Positions 43,103 through 54,777 are shown, counted from the stretch's first letter. The stretch: 64,000 bases of DNA from an uncultured archaeon (GCA_963782915.1 CAWALK010000022.1:1-64000), one strand, 5' to 3'. The notes: generated by a model not told the origin, from the sequence alone. Made by a program: numbers and translations.

Positions 43103-44070
43103 GTAGGGACATCAAGTTACATGTACCAGTAGAAGAACCAACCGCATCCCCGGCAGAAACACCCAAAGCGCGGGTTTGCCCTGAATGCGGAAGCAACAGG
43201 CTTATGCATGATTCTGAAGCCGCCGAAATAGTATGTATGGACTGCGGAGTTGTTGTTCAACAAAAACTGGCTGATCGCGGACCGGAATGGCGAGCATTTG
43301 ATGATGAACAACGTTCTAAACGAACCCGTGTTGGTGCACCCCTAACTTATACAATTCACGATAAAGGCCTCTCAACAACCATTGATTGGCATGACAGAGA
43401 CATATACGGAAAGAGTCTCTCGCCTGGGCAGAAAGCGCAAGTTTACCGCTTAAGGAAATGGCAGCGCCGCATCAGAGTTTCAGATGCAACGGAACGTAAC
43501 TTGGCGTTTGCACTCTCAGAAATAACAAAGATTTCTAACAACCTGAATTTACCCAAGAACATTTTGGAAACCGCCTCGGTTATTTATCGAAAAGCAGTCA
43601 AAGAACGCCTAATCAGAGGCAGATCAATACAAGGCGTTACCTCAGCAGCACTATATTTAGCATGCAGACAATGTGGTTTACCCAGAACCCTAGACGAAAT
43701 CGCACAAGCATCCAATGTGAATAAGAAAGAAGTTGGAAGAAGCTACCGATTCCTAATCCGTGAACTCAACTATTCCATTCCGCCACTACGACCAAGCCAA
43801 TACATCACAAAATTCTCCAACCAACTTACAATGCAGGGCAAAGTTGAAGAAATCGCGCATAAAATCTTGGCTGCAGCTAAAGAATTAAAATTAACTTCAG
43901 GCAGAGGACCCACAGGCATCGCGGCAGCAGCAAGCTACGTAGCATCCGTCTTAACAGGTGAACGCAAGACACAACGTGAAATCGCTGAAATCGCACAAGT
44001 CACAGAGGTTACAATCAGGAACCGCTACAAGGAACTCGTGGAACGTTTAATGTTCCAAATAAGCATCTAA
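43099..44070 (+). CDS. tfb: transcription initiation factor IIB
   Basis: CPECGS Zn ribbon, GPEWRAF, RLRKWQ, two cyclin repeats, [12 protein letters not shown]. Confidence 0.97.
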   Translation: MSRDIKLHVPVEEPTASPAETPKARVCPECGSNRLMHDSEAAEIVCMDCGVVVQQKLADRGPEWRAFDDEQRSKRTRVGAPLTYTIHDKGLSTTIDWHDRDIYGKSLSPGQKAQVYRLRKWQRRIRVSDATERNLAFALSEITKISNNLNLPKNILETASVIYRKAVKERLIRGRSIQGVTSAALYLACRQCGLPRTLDEIAQASNVNKKEVGRSYRFLIRELNYSIPPLRPSQYITKFSNQLTMQGKVEEIAHKILAAAKELKLTSGRGPTGIAAAASYVASVLTGERKTQREIAEIAQVTEVTIRNRYKELVERLMFQISI

Positions 44071-44104
44071 CCATGCTTTCCTCTTTTTAATCAAGGGTTA
44101 AAAC

Positions 44105-44398
44105 ATGGCTGAATTTAACCAAGAAATACCCCAAGAAAAATTAACTGTGACTGAAGCCTTTGCTAAACTTAAGCTGATCCAGCAGGGGCTCGCAACAGTT
44201 ATGGCTAATCTGCATGATAACATCCAAGCCTTGGATGATGACCCAGACGTTCAGGACAGCTTAGAAAAGCTACAAAAAAACACTGAGAATAGAGCCAGAG
44301 ATTTAGAGACAGAAGTAAAACGGTTACGAACCGACTTAAAAACCATCAAGGATTTGTTGGGCGACAGTGTTGATAAAAAGAATCCAACTGATTCTTAA
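44105..44398 (+). CDS. hypothetical coiled-coil protein
   Basis: 97-aa ORF with heptad pattern; co-oriented after tfb. Confidence 0.65.
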   Translation: MAEFNQEIPQEKLTVTEAFAKLKLIQQGLATVMANLHDNIQALDDDPDVQDSLEKLQKNTENRARDLETEVKRLRTDLKTIKDLLGDSVDKKNPTDS

Positions 44399-44447
44399 GG
44401 GAACTGTATAGCTATTTTTTTAAGGGCGTATTAACCTATGCATACAT

Positions 44448-45062
44448 ATGCCCTATAAATTCACTTTCGACCTGTCCAAGGTGCCACGTTTTTTCTTCAC
44501 AGAATTAGCTATGATTAGTTACCAGAAGGGCATGCATAAGAGCTTCCTTAACACCGCTAACGAATTAATCCTAAAATTCCATATTCAAGAAGCCACTGGA
44601 CTTAACCTTTCAGATGCGGTGGTTCTGCTTCAGGACCTCATGGATTTACAAGCGATTAACTTAACTGAAAGACCCAAATTTTTAGAAACCAAGAAACGGG
44701 CGCTTTTTCTTCCGCACTGCTCCCGCAAATACATGGATAACCGATGTAAAGCGAATTTTGAACCGAGTATTCCAACTTATGTTTGCCAACACTGCTCTGA
44801 GGATTGTATAGTTAACAAGACAGTCGAGTACGCTACTAGCAAAGGCTATGATGTGTATATTGTGCCAGGTGGGTCATGTATTCCGAAAATCCTCAAAAAC
44901 AACAATTATGAGGGTATTGTTGGGGTTGCTTGCGGGGAAGAAAGCAAAATGATGGGTCACCTTTTGGAAAGCATGAGCGTTACTGGCCAAGCGATTCCAC
45001 TGATTAAGAATGGTTGTGCAAACACCGTTTTTAACATGGATACAATCGTCAAAACCCTCTAA
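44448..45062 (+). CDS. DUF116-family protein (Cys-rich)
   Basis: LFLPHC....C..C..C....VPGGS....IVGVAC..E...PL...GC.NT. Confidence 0.8.
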   Translation: MPYKFTFDLSKVPRFFFTELAMISYQKGMHKSFLNTANELILKFHIQEATGLNLSDAVVLLQDLMDLQAINLTERPKFLETKKRALFLPHCSRKYMDNRCKANFEPSIPTYVCQHCSEDCIVNKTVEYATSKGYDVYIVPGGSCIPKILKNNNYEGIVGVACGEESKMMGHLLESMSVTGQAIPLIKNGCANTVFNMDTIVKTL

Positions 45063-45100
45063 GAAGCGACTACACGCTAACAATGCAACGAAGAACAAAA

Positions 45101-46388
45101 TCAAGGACTCTGATGCCGTCGTCTCTTATAATGAATTACTAAACCAGCCCCAATCCCGATTGCTGATACCCCGAAAACAGCCGCTACTGCTGCAGAGGGG
45201 AAAACGTCTGGCACAGATACAGTGAAACTAAACGTTTCCGAACCCATGTTTCTGAATGTATCATTAGCATAAATCGTAACCGTATGAACCCCATTGGGAA
45301 TGTTAGTTAAGGTTTCATTGCCACTAAGGGTAACGTTAAATTGTCCATCAAGACTATAACCAGCCCATTCTATCCGTTTGTCAATTGTAAACTGTAAAGG
45401 CACGTTAGAATCATTGTAGGTCTGATCGGGCAGTGTTGATATGGTTATTTTTGGTGGGCTTGTTCTAATTGCATAAAGAGTGCTGTTGAATGGTTCGAGA
45501 AGTGGATAGGGATCCTGATTGTTGGTGTCAATTTGATAGGCTATGTCGCCTATTCCTGAACCGTTCAGTTCCTTAGCAGTGGGATATTTTGTTTTGTAGT
45601 CGCCCCAGTAGTTGCCGCCGTCTGGAAAACCATTGCTCCAACTGTTATTCGCTATAGGCGCTGTTCCTACTACACCGACAGTAACGCCTCCGTATGCATT
45701 GACCTTGTTGTAGAGGAAATTGTTATGGTAAACCTTGTTGCCTGAGGCATCCCAGAAAGCGAGACCTACAGAGGAACCCCAAGAGTTAGAGCAGCCAGCT
45801 ATTCTGTTCTCAACTACCAGATTATCTGTTGATTCAACGAATATTATACCGTTATAGTTACTTGATAATTTGTTGCCCTTAACTACGTTCGAGTTGCCCC
45901 GTTCAACGTAGATTCCTGCGCTTTGTTGTTGTATTGAATAATAGGCATTCCCTGTCCCAGCAACTGTATTATTGGTGACAAGTGGAGTTTACTGTATTTA
46001 CCAGGGAGATGCCAAAGATGCCGCCATTGACCTTTAGATTCTTTACGGTTACGTTAGTTGCGCCTGTTAAAGTAGGCGGCGTAGAATAGGCATTGAGACC
46101 TACGGTCAGTCCCTCTCGTCCATGGCGTAAATCTCCTATGGCTATAAGGGAACATGCGTTTCCGTTAAAAATTATGTTGCTTTTCAATATAGATATGCTG
46201 CCTGTGACATCGCCAGTTAATGTGTAGACATCACCTTCTTGCAGGATTAGCGCTGTCGAGGGGGTTATTGTGCCGTCGGCGTTTATTGTGATAAGGTTTT
46301 GAGTTGAAGTCTGTGCTTTGAGGGGTGGGATACAAACCATGGTCAGAACTGCCAATATTAGGAAGGTTACAGTGGCGCTTTTCTTCAT
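45101..46388 (-). CDS. secreted NosD-like parallel beta-helix protein with Ig-like domain and C-terminal anchor; frameshifted
   Basis: Signal peptide, ITINADG, GNYWGDY and D.YPL motifs in the intervening frame, YSLDG..G.HT.T.YAND, FP + TM + KRRR tail. Confidence 0.8.
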
Positions 46389-46546
46389 GAACAGTCCTAC
46401 TTAAGGGCTTGATAGGTACAGCGATATATAATTTTGCAATAAATGTATCTGCCATGAAGCTTTGTAGGCACCGAAAAATTGGCATATATCTGTTGATGTT
46501 ATGAAAGCTTATAATTGTCAGGCTATCCAGAAGAAGGGTGATTTAC

Positions 46547-46801
46547 ATGCCAGAGAAGAAAAGCGTCAAGAAAACTGCGCCAAAACCAAAAACAGCACCT
46601 AAAGCAAAAGCAAAGGCAGCAGTAAAAGAAAAGAAACAAACAATCTTCCGTACAGGCGAAAAATGCCCTGAATCAGGATTATACTCACATTTCTGCAAGG
46701 ATAAAGGCGAAAAAGCCACAATTCCGCTGTCCAAAACCGAAACTTTTCCGCCATGTCGTACATGCGGTTCAGTGAAATGGACCCTAAAGATGGCGGCATA
46801 A
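46547..46801 (+). CDS. small Lys/Ala-rich protein with YjzC-like zinc-ribbon C-terminus
   Basis: KKSVKKTAPKPKTAPKAKAKAA, then TGEKCPESGLY...ETFPPCRTC...W. Confidence 0.7.
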   Translation: MPEKKSVKKTAPKPKTAPKAKAKAAVKEKKQTIFRTGEKCPESGLYSHFCKDKGEKATIPLSKTETFPPCRTCGSVKWTLKMAA

Positions 46802-46906
46802 GCCTCCTTCTTACAATTCCATTCATTTTAACAAAAAAAAGTTTTGCTGTTATTTCTTGCTGCTTTGGTTCTTTTGAGATCGATAGCTTATCGTTGATGT
46901 TTTAGT

Positions 46907-46940
46907 CCTTTAAATAAGGGAGGGGGAGGTACTTCTGAGC
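46907..46940 (-). repeat. R2 core motif downstream of aspS
   Basis: Reverse complement GCTCAGAAGTACCTCCCCCTCCCTTATTTAAAGG. Confidence 0.55.
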
Positions 46941-46960
46941 AGGTCGAGTGGTTTCTATGA

Positions 46961-48280
46961 TTATGGCGTTAATCTCACTCTGTCTCTTGGGTACAAAGTG
47001 ACTTCGCGGATGTTCTTAATACCCGTCAGCATCATGGTTAGGCGTTCTAAGCCGATTGCCCAGCCTGCGTGTGGTGGCATGCCGTAGTCGTAGGCTTGTA
47101 GGTGCATCTTGAATGAGTCTGGGTTGAGGCCTTTCTCTTTGAGGCGCTCGATGAGTTGGTTTTTGTCGCAGATGCGGGTGCCGCCTGAAGTTAATTCGAT
47201 GTAGTTCCACATGAGGTCGAAGCCTTCGCTGATTTCGGGGTTGTCTTCGCGTGGTTTTATATAGAATGCTTTGGCGTGTGTTGGCCAGTCTGTGACGAAG
47301 TAGAAGCCTTGGTACATTTCGCCTAGCACGCGGAAGGCTTCGCTTGTGATGTCTTCGCCCCAAGGTATGACTGTACCTTTGGCTTTGAGGTCTTCGAGCA
47401 CTTGGGTGTAGGTTAAGCGTTTGAAGGGTAGCTCTGGAACTTGAAGGTCATTTTGGAGTAGGGCGAGTTCGGCTGTGCATTTCTCTTTCACAGTCTTAAA
47501 CGCGTTATGAACAACTTGCTCGAGCAGTGCCATAACGTCAGTTGCGTTGGCAAACGCCATTTCGATGTCCACTGAGGTGAATTCGCTTAAGTGCCGTCTT
47601 GTATGAGATTCTTCAGCTCGGAAAAACGGCCCAACCTCGAAGACTTTCTCGAAGCTTAAGGTGAGTTCTTCTTTGTAGAGTTGTGGGCTCTGTGCAAGGT
47701 ATGCTTTTTGCTCGAAGTAGTCAATGCAGAAAAGTTCTGCGCCGCCTTCAGTTGCTGAGCCGATGATGCGTGGGCTGTGAGCTTCCATGAAACCTTTGTC
47801 ATAGAGGAAGTCTCGGATGCTCTTGAGTGCGACGTGCTGGATTTTGAATATTGCTAGGCTGGTTTCTAAGGTTAGGTCGAGTGCACGTGCATCTAAACGG
47901 ACTTCAATGTTAGCGGGTGTTTTACCGGTAATATCGATGGGTAATTGCTCGCTTGCAGTGCTGAAAATTTTTATCGCGGTTGGGACGACTTCGACGCCGC
48001 GTTTGGTTTGGTTGGTTTTTTTAACGGTGCCTTTCAAGCCGAAGCTGAAGCGTTTTTGAAGTAAATCAGATTTAGCTAAAACTTCTGGGAGCACACGTTT
48101 TTTGGGTATGGTGATTTGGACAGTGCCTTCTCGGTCCTGCATAATGATAAATCGGAGTCCGCCGAGGTCACGTACTTCTTGAACCCAGCCAAAGAGGGTA
48201 ACTTCTTTACCGTCTAGGTCTGGAGACACCTGTGAGGTATACTGAGTTCTAACCCAGTCGCCTATAGAGTCCAAATCCAT
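46961..48280 (-). CDS. aspS: aspartate--tRNA ligase, archaeal, probably non-discriminating Asp/Asn
   Basis: GWV.EVRDLGG, TEGG, LAQSPQLYK, FRAEES.T.RHL.EF, GMPPH.G..GLER; Pro in GKTPA loop suggests the ND type. Confidence 0.95.
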   Translation of the reverse strand: MDLDSIGDWVRTQYTSQVSPDLDGKEVTLFGWVQEVRDLGGLRFIIMQDREGTVQITIPKKRVLPEVLAKSDLLQKRFSFGLKGTVKKTNQTKRGVEVVPTAIKIFSTASEQLPIDITGKTPANIEVRLDARALDLTLETSLAIFKIQHVALKSIRDFLYDKGFMEAHSPRIIGSATEGGAELFCIDYFEQKAYLAQSPQLYKEELTLSFEKVFEVGPFFRAEESHTRRHLSEFTSVDIEMAFANATDVMALLEQVVHNAFKTVKEKCTAELALLQNDLQVPELPFKRLTYTQVLEDLKAKGTVIPWGEDITSEAFRVLGEMYQGFYFVTDWPTHAKAFYIKPREDNPEISEGFDLMWNYIELTSGGTRICDKNQLIERLKEKGLNPDSFKMHLQAYDYGMPPHAGWAIGLERLTMMLTGIKNIREVTLYPRDRVRLTP

Positions 48281-48297
48281 ACTGCTTGCCAACCTTT

Positions 48298-48807
48298 TTA
48301 GTCTGCAATTTCAACACGTAAAGAAATTTTACGTACTTTAGTTGCAATTTCCTTCAATGCTTTAAGGTCCATTGGCAGTTGTGCGCCGCGTTTCCGTTTT
48401 AGAATTACTCGTGTTTCAGTTGTTCCGTCTGGAAGCCAGATGGTGTTGATGGTTAAGATGCTGAAGGGCACGAATAGATCTTCGAGGAATTTACGGTCAT
48501 CAACACCGTACTCGAGTACGCGTACGTTTTTGCCAGTTTCGTCACCGATGGTTTTGACGATTTTACCGCCGTAACCCAAAAGTTTAGGGACATCTCCATG
48601 TCCGACGAGGATGGCTAAGGTTTTTTCAACCTCTACTGCTCGATAGAAGCAGACGTTTTGCAGGGAAGGATACTTTTCTTCTAGGCCTAACAGTAAACGG
48701 GCGACTTTCAGATCAATTTCACTGATTTCGCCAGCCTTTACTTTAGCTGAACACTTTTGGCATAGTATGCCGCTTTTTAAGCAGAAACTGCATAGTTCTG
48801 TTTTCAT
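48298..48807 (-). CDS. NusA-like KH-domain protein with N-terminal Cys cluster
   Basis: C.FC.KSGILC.KC; G..G..VK...GK.VRV.E; conserved archaeal neighbour of aspS. Confidence 0.75.
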   Translation of the reverse strand: MKTELCSFCLKSGILCQKCSAKVKAGEISEIDLKVARLLLGLEEKYPSLQNVCFYRAVEVEKTLAILVGHGDVPKLLGYGGKIVKTIGDETGKNVRVLEYGVDDRKFLEDLFVPFSILTINTIWLPDGTTETRVILKRKRGAQLPMDLKALKEIATKVRKISLRVEIAD

Positions 48808-48857
48808 TTGAGAGTCGGTATTCCTGCAAAGAAGGAGTTCCGCGATTATTCCGTGGC

Positions 48858-49151
48858 TTAACGCATCAGCGTGATTTCGATCGTGCTGACGTTAGTGGAG
48901 CCTTGACTGCCTTCCTCTTGGTCTATCGGTAAGAATTGGTCTGTGCCGATGCCGATGCTTTTAATTCTGACATCTGGAAGGAATCTGTGCCTAACCACTT
49001 CAGCTACATCGATGGCTCTGCTGATTGATCTGCCGCGTGCTTTAATGCTGACTTCGGTTGCGCCGCCGTGGAAGAAGGTAATGCATGCGAGGACATAGTT
49101 CATGATTGGTTTTTTGCCGATTAAGACTGCGCTGGTGGTGGTTTCCGTCAC
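48858..49151 (-). CDS. albA: DNA/RNA-binding protein Alba
   Basis: IGKKP.MNYVLA, KARG.SISRA.DVAE, VSTIEI. Confidence 0.93.
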   Translation of the reverse strand: MTETTTSAVLIGKKPIMNYVLACITFFHGGATEVSIKARGRSISRAIDVAEVVRHRFLPDVRIKSIGIGTDQFLPIDQEEGSQGSTNVSTIEITLMR

Positions 49152-49385
49152 GGGTTCCGCTTCACTCCTAGTTTACTTTTAAGTGGCTTCATTTACCTTT
49201 TTTTGAGCATAAATACGTTGTGGTATAGGTGAAGTGTTCCTGCTGGAAATTTCAAACTTGATAGTGACACAACTTTGTCAGTCGCTGTTTTGCCAACTAC
49301 TCGGAGCGCTCAATTGAATTGGAAGCATCAAATTCATAAGGAACCGCACTATTGTAAAGGTTTAACACAGTAAACATTAACATAA

Positions 49386-49853
49386 GTGAATAATTTGGAA
49401 CCATTAACTAAACGTTCAATCCAGCTGCTAAAAACCCTCTTTGAAAAAGGAAAATCCACCAACACCTACACCCTAAGGGTTAAACAGGATGAGTTATCAA
49501 GCCAATTAGGCGTTAGCAGGCAAGCATTAAACGTCCATTTAAGAAAACTCAAGAACCGCGGCTACATCCGCACAGGCAGAGGCTTCATCGATGTCACCGA
49601 GAAAGGCTTAGCTGCACTAGGCGTATCTACCACTCCAGCGTTTATTTTGCTCAAAGTTTCCCCAATCAAACGCATACATGTCTATGAGCAAATCCACGAG
49701 TTAGCCGTGTCAAGGGCTTTTCGCATTGCAGGCGAAGTAGATGCACTAATAATCGTTGAACGCGAAAACCTTGATGAAATCCTAAAGAAACTCTACAGCA
49801 TCGATGGCATTGAAGATACCCGCTCATACGTAACTATCGAAGTAATCAAGTAA
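49386..49853 (+). CDS. Lrp/AsnC-family transcriptional regulator
   Basis: wHTH QDEL...LGVSRQALN.HLRKL plus RAM-like C-terminal domain (G..D..I....DGI..T.S). Confidence 0.82.
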   Translation: MNNLEPLTKRSIQLLKTLFEKGKSTNTYTLRVKQDELSSQLGVSRQALNVHLRKLKNRGYIRTGRGFIDVTEKGLAALGVSTTPAFILLKVSPIKRIHVYEQIHELAVSRAFRIAGEVDALIIVERENLDEILKKLYSIDGIEDTRSYVTIEVIK

Positions 49854-49948
49854 CCACGATTCGAGTGAGATATCACAGAGTCAAGACAAAAGGTATATTT
49901 GAGACTCTACCATCAAAGACTTAGCCAAAACAGAAGGTTATCAATAAA

Positions 49949-50110
49949 ATGCCGATATTAGACCCAGTCAAGAAATCCATAGCGCAGAAGGCTCGCTTGT
50001 ACATGAAAATCTGCAGAGACTGCGGCGCACGCAATGCTGAAACCGCACTGAAATGCAGAAAATGCAAGGGTAAGAACTTGCGCTGGAAGAAACGAGAAAT
50101 CGTGAAGTAA
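49949..50110 (+). CDS. rpl40e: 50S ribosomal protein L40e (not in ORF track)
   Basis: MPILDPVKKSIAQKARLYMKICRDCGARNAETALKCRKCKGKNLRWKKREIVK. Confidence 0.93.
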   Translation: MPILDPVKKSIAQKARLYMKICRDCGARNAETALKCRKCKGKNLRWKKREIVK

Positions 50111-50213
50111 TAGCTTCTTTACTTTCCTTTTAATAATTCAAGCACTCAAAGCAGTGCTCTTTTTGTCTTGTTATTTGATTTACATTTTGTTATACAGTTA
50201 ACTATCTTCTTGT

Positions 50214-50252
50214 GCCTATGGGCTTTGCTGGCGCCTGCTTTGTAGATTCCGC
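50214..50252 (+). repeat. partial R1 module
   Basis: CCTATGGGCTTTGCTGGCGCCTGCTTTGTAG resembles CCAATG(G/A)GNTTTGC(T/A)GGCG.TTGC of other copies. Confidence 0.4.
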
Positions 50253-50311
50253 ATACACAAAAGATTAACCACACTTCATACAACTAAGCCCTAACCAGAG
50301 GCGCGGTTATC

Positions 50312-53089
50312 TTGCAAACAAAGTTTACGGTAACAATAGCCATCGCAGTTTTACTCATATCAATATCCACCCCACTCACCCAACTTAGCCAAGCAGGCAC
50401 CCAAGTAGGCTTCAACAACCAAAACGTTGACTCCACGACGGGTCTAGCTCAGCATAAAATGTCTGCAGCAGAACTCCAAACGTACAAGGACAGTGCAGGC
50501 ACCTACCAGCCAGAACAAAACTACAACAAGATAGTCGCTGGATACGGAACAGGATTGCACCCTCCAACAGAGGAGGGATGGACAGAAATCGCAGAAAACG
50601 CCTACGTCGTAGAAAAAATCGCTTACCAAACAACCTTGCCTGCTGCAGTAGACCACACCACGGACCCATGGTTTCCGCCCATCGGAGACCAAGGCCAACA
50701 AGGCTCATGCGCCTCCTTCGCAGTCGGATACTACTGCAAAACCTACCAGGAAGCAAAAGAGCATTCATGGGACTTCTCGGGAGCAACATGGACTGGCGGG
50801 GCAACCGACGGCAACATTTCAGCAAGCTACCAAAGCAAAGTTATGAGTCCAGCGTTTGTTTACAACTTAATCAACGGCGGCAGGGATGTTGGCTCAGACT
50901 TCGAAACACCCATCGATTGGTTTCTAACGTGGGGGTTTGTTCTTGGATGAATATGCCGTATTACTATCAGGACTGCACAAGGTGGCCCACAGAAGCCGCA
51001 TGGAGTGAGGCGCCGCTTTACCGCTCCAATAGCACCTACAGTTACCAGTACCTATACGTTAACACTACTCAAGGCGTAGAAAGTTTGAAGAATTGGTTAG
51101 CCGCAGGCAACCTCGCAATTATTGGGATTGATGCCTCAGGCAATCTACTCGATTTCACAACCAGATCAAATCAAGATTTGTTCACCACCGACAATTACGT
51201 AACAGGTGAACTTGACCACGCTGCAACCATAGTTGGCTACGACGACCTCTATACCTACATGGAAAACGGCGCAGTGCATCATGGAGCATTCAAGATCGCT
51301 AACAGTTGGGGAAAAGGCGATTGGGAAACTATCCCAGACGGATGCTACTGGATATCCTACAACACAATGCAGGAACTATCAGCATTAGAGGTAAACCCAG
51401 CGATGCTTTTTGAAAACCTCGACAGTTACCAGCCAGAAATACTTGCATCCTTCAACATTACGCATGCAGCCAGAGGCGACTGCAACATAACGTTTGGTTT
51501 AGGCACCCCAACGCCCCCATTGCCACCAAAAACTTTACTGACTTCATCAGCGGAGGAAACAGGTCTTTCTGCCCAAACAACATAGTATTCGATATAACAG
51601 AATTCAAAACCAACCTGAGCAGCCTCTATAACCAAGCCTTCTACATGCAGGTCTATGATAAAGGCACCGAAACCCACGGAACCGCTAACACGGGGACAAT
51701 AAATTACTTCGCAGTGGCAAACACGTGTTGCACCCAAACCCCACTCGCCACCGCCAATGAACACTATGTTAACTTGACGTTGACCACCTCTTTTGCACCA
51801 ACAACCCTAGAGGTTACGCCTTCTTCAGGTCCCTCAGGGGCAGAAATAGTGCTTAGCGGCGTCGGGTTCAGGGGCAACACAGTTGACGTTTCATACTATG
51901 ACCCCATTGTAGGGCAGTGGGTTCCAGTACTCAGCGGTTACCCTGTATCAACAAACTTTACCTATGCAACTCATGCGCCTGACCTAAAACAGTGCAGCAG
52001 TGCAGGCGACAACCCGCCAATCTATGACAAGTAGTTTATCGTGTTCAAGATAACGGAAACTGGTACAACGCATCATGTAACGTTTGGCGTAGGGGTTTAG
52101 TACAGGTAAATAACCAAACAGCAAACGGAGTATTTGGCAACAACACTGATTTTTCGAAGAAGGTTTTTGTTCAAAATGGGCAAACGCTTCAGGTTGCAGG
52201 TAAATGGTTCAATCCAGGTTTAATCGTCATTGGGTGGGATGACCAAAACTTTAGTTCAACAACCACTGACAGCACAGGATTCTTCAATACATCCATAACT
52301 GTGCCATCGACAACTGCGGGAAAACACAACGTTACATTCTTCGACCGATACTCCAACCTATCAACAACCATAACGCGGTTACCAACAGTATCCACAAATT
52401 ATACTGATGCATGGTACACTCAAGATTACTCCGTTAACATTGCAGCCGATTATCCTGTTTCCGAGACATATTACCGAGTAAACAATGGGCAAACCTGCAC
52501 GGTATCCGCAGACGGGCAACCAACATTCACCTCAGACGCAGCCGATAACAAACTGGAATACTGGAGTACATGGAGCATTTATGGAACAGGCAACATGGAA
52601 CTCAACCATAACGTAATCACCGGAATGAAACTGGATAAAACCGTGCCGACTGCATTATTGCGGATTAACGGCGGCTATTTAGTTACAACCTCAAACACCG
52701 TCGCTCTGAGTTTTGCGGCTTCAGATTCCACCTCGGGCATCAAACAGGTCCGCATTAGCAACGACGCCTCCTTCACTCAAGCATCATGGGAAACGTATAG
52801 TACCTCTAAAAACTGGCAACTCACAAGCGGTGCAGGAGCCAAAACCGTTTATTACCAAGTCCAAGACAACGCAGGTTTAACCACAACAGTAAGCGCCTCA
52901 ATAGTTGAATCAGTGCACCTCAAGCAAGCGACAGCAACGCCCTCGCCGACTGCCACTCCAACACCAACACCGACAGTGCCAGAATACAGCACTCCACTGT
53001 TCATTTTGCTGCTTGCCATATTAACGGCTTCAATGATGCTAATGCTTAAAACACAAGGCAAACAGAGGACAAAGTTAGGCTGTGGCTAA
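50312..53089 (+). CDS. secreted papain-family (C1) cysteine peptidase with Ig-like domains and PEF-CTERM-like anchor; several frameshifts
   Basis: GDQGQQGSCASFA (Cys), DHAATIVGY (His), ANSWG (Asn); PT linker, VPEY + TM + basic tail. Confidence 0.88.
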
Positions 53090-53106
53090 TCTACAGTTTT
53101 TCTGTA

Positions 53107-53819
53107 TTAGTTCCTTGGCAAAGCCAGCGAGAACTCAACGTTAAGCTTAGTCAGGTACCAAAACGTCACTGCACTCAACCTTGAGAGGGCAGCGAACGGG
53201 GTGAAAATGAATCTTGCAGCCATTCGCCGTGCAAGCTTGTAAACCCCAAAATGCCCATACCGCCGATACGAGATGCCAATGGTAACATAATTCTTTGGAG
53301 GTGCCCAAATGGGTTGCACCCAAAAAGGGCAGGACCTTCCAGCGGTAACCTGTTTTTTGGACGTAGCGTTTGAAGTATTGGTCTTCGCCGAAGAACAGTT
53401 TTGGCGGGTTATAGTTTTCCATGAGTTTGCGGCGTATGAGGATGTTGTTGATGTGCGGGTTAGTATCCAACTTGCTCAGGTTGTAGACGGTGCCGACGAC
53501 GCGTTCGTAAGCTGCCGCATGAGGGTTCTTATGCACAGCAACCGTGCCAATAGCCCCCACATTAGGCTCAATTGCTTTAGTTACCAACTGCAAGCCAATT
53601 CTCGGGCAGCAGCATGTCATCGTCAACCATCGCCACCCACTCCGTCTTAGCCTGCAAAACGCCGTTCTTGCGTGCAGTGCTTAGCGGTTTTTCGTGTGTG
53701 TTTATGATTTCTCCGGCACAGGGCATCTGTTTGATTTGGCGAAGCAGGGTTGGGTTAGCTTCGTCGCTTGAAGGGACAACAAAATCGACTTTCCGGTCTG
53801 TGCTGGTGCAGGATGGCAT
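53107..53819 (-). CDS. glycosyltransferase family 2; frameshifted
   Basis: DFVVP, ARKNG...AKTEWVAMVDDD (DxD), GED; split over three frames. Confidence 0.75.
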
Positions 53820-53891
53820 AGCCTCTTATGTTTTGTATGGTGGATAAATAGTTTATCTGAACCCTGGTAGCATCCGGTTTTTTATCAGTGT

Positions 53892-54009
53892 GTTGTTGGC
53901 AGAAACCGCCTATACACAACAACAACCAATGAGCTTTGCAGGCGGCTCTGTTTTTGTGATGGCGTTTATGTGGGGTTGCGGCTGGTTGCATCTTAATTCT
54001 GCAAGCAGA
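53892..54009 (+). repeat. repeat module R1, copy d
   Basis: GTTGTTGGCAGAAACC..ACACAACAACAACCAATGAGCTTTGCAGGCG..GGGGTTGCGGCTGGTTGCA..TTCTGCAAGCAGA. Confidence 0.75.
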
Positions 54010-54036
54010 TTGATTCCTTGAGCATGGCGGGCAAAT

Positions 54037-54639
54037 CTAAGCGGTGCGTTTTGCTCCACAGTTGGGGCAGAAAGTATCCAACTGATTAAACAATGTCGAG
54101 CAGTATTTGCAGGGGATTTTAACGATAACAACCTCTTTAACCACTTGAACCGGCGCCTGATTAATCACTGGGGCAGGCTGCAAAACCTGAAACTCAAAAG
54201 AGTTAGTCGCCACATCCGGGCGCCCATCCACCGCAACCACACCCTTAATGGTCCAAACCAGCCTCTGACCAACACCACTAAACGTAACCCTCGAGGCAGG
54301 GGGAATCACAATATTAACAGGAAAACTCCGTTGCTCTCCCCTGGTAAAGTGGGTTGCACCACATAACGCCGGCTTAATCGCGTAAAGAGTGGCTGTTTCT
54401 TCTGATTCATGCGGCACCGAACGCCTAAAGTTAGGATCATAAACGTATCTTATAACGCGGGCGGTCTCAACACAATCAACCTCACACCGCACCTCTGTAC
54501 AATCAAAGTCTTCTTGTGCACTAAAAACCAAAGAACCCACCAAGCTGCCGCCCAGAGGAACCGACCAATTATCAAACCGCAACTCAAGGTTACCGTCTGG
54601 CGCAGAGACTTTATCGTGTAACTTTTTAAGGAAATCCAT
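54037..54639 (-). CDS. arrestin/SpoOM-fold protein with C-terminal zinc ribbon
   Basis: G..L.G.L.....E....E.......E...H....FP..I.IP....TF.....W.IK.VV...RPD pattern; CKYC...CPNCG. Confidence 0.65.
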   Translation of the reverse strand: MDFLKKLHDKVSAPDGNLELRFDNWSVPLGGSLVGSLVFSAQEDFDCTEVRCEVDCVETARVIRYVYDPNFRRSVPHESEETATLYAIKPALCGATHFTRGEQRSFPVNIVIPPASRVTFSGVGQRLVWTIKGVVAVDGRPDVATNSFEFQVLQPAPVINQAPVQVVKEVVIVKIPCKYCSTLFNQLDTFCPNCGAKRTA

Positions 54640-54777
54640 TTACCCCACCCAATTCAGTGATTTCTGGGGGCTAAAACAATTTAAAGGTAACTACCAGCAA
54701 TAGCGGTATAAGGAATAGTATTAAGTACTAATAGAATCCATAGGGCAACGGTATATAGTCGAAAGAGGTACCTTGCG

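Noticed and set aside
49234-49252. GTTCCTGCTGGAAAT resembling an ORB origin box
   Set aside because: A single imperfect copy with no G-string and no cdc6/orc1 nearby
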